Origin: Limisphaerales bacterium
GTDB taxonomy: Bacteria > Verrucomicrobiota > Verrucomicrobiia > Limisphaerales > SIBE01
Direction of reading: 5' to 3'
DNA: 32,304 nt
NCBI GenBank assembly: GCA_044225505.1
Contig: JBGAIN010000093.1
Location: 1 to 32,304 of the forward strand
The notes under the pieces were generated by a model. It searched no databases. It saw nothing but the letters and a program-made list of their open reading frames with translations, and had not been told where the DNA came from. The translations under genes were made by a program, and so were the position numbers. Positions 27,213-32,304 of this stretch are shown piece by piece (positions within the stretch are counted from its first letter, which is position 1; the number at the start of each line of letters is the position of its first letter).

Positions 27213-30200
27213 ATGTCCGATCTGAAACATCGTGAAGAGGGGCTTTTTGAAGCTGCCCTGGACCTCGATGCCTCGGAGCGAGCCAACTTCCTGCGCGATG
27301 CTTGCGGCGCCGACACCGCGCTCCGGGAGCATCTCCTATCACTTTTGGAAGCAAACGATCGGGCAGGGGAATTCCTGAGCAAACCGGCGCCGACCGGCCG
27401 ATTGGCCTCCGCCCTGGCCACCGTCCGAATGACCTCCGCCAACGCTGCGCTCTCCCGTCCAACGGAGCAACCGGGCGATCACATCGGGCATTGATAAGCT
27501 TCTTCCAGAAGATTGGCGAAGGTGGGTGCGGCGTGGTCTACATGGCGGAACAGGAAGCGCCCGTCCGACGGCGGGTGGCGCTGAAAATCATCAAAGTGGA
27601 TGATGACGCGCGCGGGTCATCGCCCGGTTCGAAGCAGAGCGGCAAGCCCTCGCGATGATGGACCATCCGAACATTGCGCGCGTCCTCGACGCCGGGGCCA
27701 CGACTGCTGGCCGGCCCTATTTCGTGATGGAATTGGTGCGCGGCATTCGCATCACGGACTATTGCGATCAAAGCAACCTTTCCACGGCTGCCCGGCTCGA
27801 CCTGTTCATTCAAGTCTGTCACGCCATTCAACACGCCCATCAAAAGGGGATCATCCATCGGGATATCAAACCATCCAATATCCTCGTCAGCCTCCACGAT
27901 GGCCGGCCGATGCCTGTGATCATCGATTTCGGCATCGCCAAAGCCACGGAACAGCGGCTGACGGACAAGACCCTGTTCACGGCCTTCGAGCAGTTCATCG
28001 GCACCCCCGCTTACATGAGCCCTGAGCAAGCGGAAATGAGCCGGTTGGACATTGATACACGAAGCGATCTTTATTCGCTCGGAGTGCTTCTCTACGAGTT
28101 GCTGACCGGCAAAACGCCGTTCGACCCGGCCACTTTGTTGCAATCGGGCCTCGACGAAATGCGCCGCACCATCCGCGAGCGGGAGCCCCCACGGCCGTCG
28201 ACCCGCCTGAGCACGATGCTCGAGGCGGACTTGACCACCGTGGCGAAACACCGGCAGGCCGAACCATTGCGCTTGATCTCCCAGCTGCGCGGCGACCTCG
28301 ATTGGATCGTCATGAAGTGTCTCGAGAAAGACCGGACCCGGCGCTACGAGACCGCCAATGGGTTGGCACTGGACGTCCAGCGTTACCTCCAGAACGAGCC
28401 GGTCCTGGCCCGACCGCCGAGCCGATGGTACCGGTTCCAGAAGATGATTCGGCGCAACCAGGTCGCTTTCGTCGCTGGCACCGGGGTGGCGCTCGCCTTG
28501 GTTGCCGGGTTGGGAGTGTCAACCTACCTGTTCCTCCTCGAGAAATCCGCTTATCGCCGCGCGGTGGTAGCTGAGCAAAACCAAAGCCGCTTGCGGCAAG
28601 AGGCCGAGGAAGGACAGGGCAGGGAATCGACCCTGCGCGCGTTATCCGAGTCCAACGCGCAACAATCGCGTCTCAATTCCTACGCCGGCGACGTCTACAG
28701 CGCGTTCCTGGCCTTGCAAACAGGAAACCTGGGGCGGGCATTCGACCTGTTGGAGCACCAGATCCCATCCGCGTCTGCCCCGGAACTCCGCGGGTTCGAA
28801 TGGCGTTATCTCTGGCAGGAAGCGCAAGGAGACGAACTCCTTTCCCTGCCACACGACGCGTTGGTCAGTTGTGCTGTCTTTGGCCGCAACGGCCAGCAGC
28901 TGGCCACCGCGAGCTACGACGGATCTGTCCGCATTTGGGACCTGCACACCCGTCAGGTAGTGCGGACGATCGATGGGTTCGAAACCCAGTTTGGCTGGCG
29001 CTACATCGATTGGTCGTCGGACGGCCATTGGCTCGCCGGGGTGCGCGGCGGGAAACTAACCGTCTGGGCCGCCGATCCAGAGAAAGGCGACATCGTCTTT
29101 GAGGCGAACTCGGTCGTCAAAGTCGTGGCCTTTTCCTCCGATAGCCAGACCCTGGCCGCCTGGGGCGGTTCGGAGCTCATTCTCGTCGACACGAGCACCT
29201 GGCAGTCAACCAGATTCTCCACGCGCTTGAATGCAGCGTCGTTCCCCGCCTTGGCTTTCGACAGGGCTGGCAAACGACTGGCCTTGGCGGATGAAGGCAA
29301 GTTCACCATTGAAGTCTGGAATCTGGATGAGCGCCGGCCCGAGCGGATGTTGCCGTTCGAGCATCGCGGCCGCGGCTTTGTCTCGCTCGCCTGGTCCACG
29401 ACCGGATTGCTCGCAGCTTCGACGTGGTCCGGCACCGTCATGCTGATCCAACCGGAGACTGGCCAGGAACTTGCCAGTGCCAAAGCGCATACCGGCACGA
29501 CTTTTGGGTTGGCCTTTAGTCCGGATGGGGAAACCCTGGTCACCGCGGGTCATGATCAACTGATCCATTTCTGGTCGGTGCCAGGTTTGCAGCGCCGATA
29601 CTCGTTGCACGGGCACCGCGACGAAATCTGGTCCTTGGCCTTCTCCCCGGATGGGCGGCTCCTGGCCACTGCGGGTAAAGAAGGCGCGGCCAAGATTTGG
29701 TCGTCCGATCCCAAACCCCCCGTCCCATATCTGACTAATTTGCACGCTGGCGCTTTTGGCCAAGGTGGTAAAGTCTACGTCACTCTCCCGCAGCCGCTCA
29801 CTAACCTGACGCTCAACTTCTGGGAGGTCGATAACCCGCGCGTGCGCACCACCAAATCGTTGCCCGTCACGAATCCCTCCTCCGTGACGGAAGCGGTCCT
29901 GAGCAGCGACGGCTCGCTCATCGCCGTGCAAAAAGGCAATCAAACGTTGGAAGTCTGGAATGTCGACTCGGGCAAACTCCTCCAAACCCGCTCGGTGCAA
30001 GGCCCGGCCGTGCAGACCGTCGAGTTCTCCCCCCAAGGACGTTTCCTGGCTTTGGGAACGGCCGTTGGCCAGGTCGAAGTCTGGAATTTGAAATCAGGGC
30101 AAACCGTACGTTTGGGCGATCCGGAGCTCGGTCCTATGGCTTCGGTGCGGTTCAGTCCGGGAACGCAGTTGGTCTTGGCATCCGCTCCCACGCTCGGGCG

Positions 30201-30756
30201 CACACTCCTCTGGGACCTCAAGTCGGGTAAGGAACTGCCGCTGCCCGTGAGCAACCTGGATCGTATCCAGGTATCGCCCGACGGGCGCTTGGTAGCCGCA
30301 ACCAGCAGCAATAACTGGGTCAAGGTCTGGGAACTCCCCAGCCTGCGCGAGTGCGCCCTCCTCAAGAGCCATCGCTGGACGATCAATACGCTCGCCTTCT
30401 CCGAGGATAGCCAGGTGCTGGCCACTGCCAGTGGGGATGCCGTCGCCCATATTTGGGATCCCAGGACCGGCGCAGAGGTCACTCGTCCCTTGCGCGGGCA
30501 TTTGCAGGGCGTGACGGAACTGGCCTTTTCTCCCGATGGCAAAGTGCTGGCCACGGGGAGCACCGATAACAGCGTCAAGATTTGGCATGTCGCCACTGGA
30601 CGAGAGCTCTTTAGCGTCCCGGAAGCGTCCGAGCCGGCGTTTTCGCCCGATGGTAATACCTTGCTGGTCCATACTGCGCGAGGCCTTCGGCTCTTGCATG
30701 CGCCTCCCCTAGAGACCATCGATGCGGCGCGAAAGGAAGCAGTCGGGCGTGACTAA
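27213..30756 (+). pseudogene. Membrane Ser/Thr protein kinase with WD40 repeats; 5' part frameshifted (true pseudogene or sequence error)
   Basis: Three ORFs join into one kinase: the N-cap [18 protein letters not shown] (27213 frame), then [21 protein letters not shown] (27302 frame), then [20 protein letters not shown], one TM helix and many WD40 repeats (27655 frame). Confidence 0.88.
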
Positions 30757-31004
30757 TCGTGGGTGAAGTCAACCGCAATAGATTCTACGGAACGCGGCGA
30801 TGACGAGTCCGACGAGCCTGGCGGCAAGGGCCGTGCCTCCGCAAGAACACCGCCGATGCTTCAAAGAGCGCTTGAAAAGGTGAAACTTCTGCGGCTGGGG
30901 CTGACGCCCACCGCCGCGGTCCGCTCCGAACTCCCTAAAAACTTTGACTGGTGGAGTTTACGAGCGCGTGGCATGCTTCTTCATTCAGAACTCAAGCGCT
31001 GGCG

Positions 31005-31613
31005 ATGCCGCTGAATGATGTCACGCAATTACTTGAGAATATTCGGAAGGGCGACGCCCAAGCCGCTGCCGAATTGCTTCCGGTTGTCTACGACGAGCTC
31101 CGCCGCGTCGCGGCCATGAAAATGGCAGGGGAAGCTCCCGGGCACACCCTTCAACCCACCGCGCTGGTCCATGAAGCGTGGATCCGCCTCGTCGCCAATG
31201 AAAATGCCCGCTGGGAAAACCGCGCCCATTTCTTCGGCGCGGCGGCCGAGGCCATGCGCCGCATTCTCATCGATAACGCCCGGCGCAAACACGCGGTACG
31301 TCACGGAGGCGGTCAGCAACGGGTCAGCTTCGACGATGTCGACCCCGCAGCCGCGACGGACGACGACCAGCTCCTGGCCGTCCATGAAGCCTTGGATCGC
31401 CTGGCCGCGCAGGATCCGATCAAAGCGGAGGTGGTTAAGCTGCGCTATTTTGTAGGGTTGACCAATCTCGAGGCCGCCGAAGTGCTGGGGATTTCCGAGC
31501 CGACCGCGAAACGCTATTGGGCCTACGCGCGGGCCTGGCTTTACCGGGAGATTACCGCAGCGCCAGGAAGCGCCGCGCCAACCGCAGCGCCGCCGGCGGC
31601 TCCACCGGCCTGA
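31005..31613 (+). CDS. ECF sigma factor, kinase-associated PVC type (TIGR02999-like)
   Basis: DVTQLL, LLPVVYDELRR, HTLQPTALVHEAW, AMRRILID, VKLRYFVGL and WAYARAWL. Start reassigned to ATG 31005. Confidence 0.93.
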   Translation: MPLNDVTQLLENIRKGDAQAAAELLPVVYDELRRVAAMKMAGEAPGHTLQPTALVHEAWIRLVANENARWENRAHFFGAAAEAMRRILIDNARRKHAVRHGGGQQRVSFDDVDPAAATDDDQLLAVHEALDRLAAQDPIKAEVVKLRYFVGLTNLEAAEVLGISEPTAKRYWAYARAWLYREITAAPGSAAPTAAPPAAPPA

Positions 31614-31642
31614 CGGTCAATCCCGTCTCCGGCGAGGCCCGG

Positions 31643-32071
31643 TCAGATCCGTTTCTCGTCCGCGTCGATAAAGTCGACAAAGCAGCGGATATCCTGTCGA
31701 TGGCCTAATCCTGCCTCTTCTTTGCGGCTCTTGAGCCGGGCTTGCAGCGCTTCGTCGTTCTGGCTGCCATGATGGAGCAGCCGTTCGGCAAAAGCCGCCT
31801 TTTCTTCCGCCGACTTCTTGACGTGGACCCGGACCCAATCGCACACCTCGCCATCCGTCACCGTGCTCTTGACCAGGGCGATGAACGCTTCGGGATTGAC
31901 CCCGGCGGCCTGGAGCCACCAGCCATCAAACCCTTTGGTAAAATTCGCTTGATAATCCGGCGCCAGCCGGCCTGCCAGGTGCAGCCGGATCTTATCGACA
32001 AACCTCGGCAGATGGACCCAACCCGCCATCGTTTCGCGGGGACTTCGGGGATAGACGATCGCGTCGCTCAT
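31643..32071 (-). CDS. DUF5069-like protein
   Basis: PRSPRE..GWVHLPRFVDKIR..GRL..DY and C-terminal FVDFIDADEKR pattern recognised from this family. Confidence 0.8.
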   Translation of the reverse strand: MSDAIVYPRSPRETMAGWVHLPRFVDKIRLHLAGRLAPDYQANFTKGFDGWWLQAAGVNPEAFIALVKSTVTDGEVCDWVRVHVKKSAEEKAAFAERLLHHGSQNDEALQARLKSRKEEAGLGHRQDIRCFVDFIDADEKRI

Positions 32072-32077
32072 CCCCCG

Positions 32078-32106
32078 ATCATCAGGAGCGCGCTCCCGGA
32101 TGTAAA
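32078..32106 (-). promoter_or_regulatory. Candidate leaderless promoter of the DUF5069-like gene
   Basis: TTTACA-N17-GATGAT followed by 6 nt and then the ATG at 32071. Confidence 0.5.
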
Positions 32107-32304
32107 GTCTAAGGACTTAAGCGGCCACCAGACCAGATACTGGCAGAAATTCCCAGATGGCTTCCTCAGCCATTGTGTCAGAGCTAGTTGCAGTCCGATC
32201 AGCAAATGCTGATTGCAGAAAGTCTGGCAAGCGCGGGACTCGAATCCATGCGCTCAAGGGAACTGCGCTTGGCCACGCCTGCGGTCATTCGAGGCAAGGC
32301 CGGT

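Noticed and set aside
28860..30660. Repeated TTCTCCCCGGATGG-like words
   Set aside because: Codon-level echo of WD40 FSPDG repeats, not a DNA repeat array or CRISPR.
30763..31014. 83-aa ORF between kinase and sigma factor
   Set aside because: No recognisable features and it overlaps the sigma start. It does not look like an anti-sigma factor.
32225..32255. tRNA T-loop-like GGATTCGAGTCCCGC..CCA on the minus strand
   Set aside because: The T-stem does not pair properly, the spacing to CCA is wrong and there is no cloverleaf.

Overview
A GC-rich (about 60% by eye) bacterial chromosomal segment. It is most likely from the PVC superphylum, probably Verrucomicrobiota, inferred from a DUF5069-like protein, a PVC-type CxxCH heme/beta-propeller protein and a TIGR02999-like ECF sigma factor next to a Ser/Thr kinase. 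Bases 1-10.4 kb are a minus-strand methylmalonyl-CoA/propionate operon: transcarboxylase-like 5S subunit, heterodimeric B12-dependent methylmalonyl-CoA mutase, MeaB, epimerase, 12S carboxyltransferase, an anchor-less delta/epsilon-like subunit, a 1.3S biotin carrier and a biotin ligase that the ORF track missed (cut by the window edge). Next come a PAS hybrid histidine kinase with a damaged N-terminus, aroC and an orphan parA. These are followed by a ~650-aa hypothetical protein split by an N gap whose C-half looks like an atypical kinase, lolC/E-lolD, and a small membrane protein. A divergent intergenic region then holds an orphan terminator and stacked hairpins (candidate sRNA). The rest is a PmtA/OlsG-type lipid N-methyltransferase, a 1592-aa deacetylase/VCBS/dehydrogenase/cytochrome c fusion, a frameshifted WD40 Ser/Thr kinase with its ECF sigma factor, and a DUF5069-like gene. 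Several genes have leaderless promoter geometry. I found no rRNA, tRNA, CRISPR array or mobile element. All family assignments come from motif recognition, not database searches.
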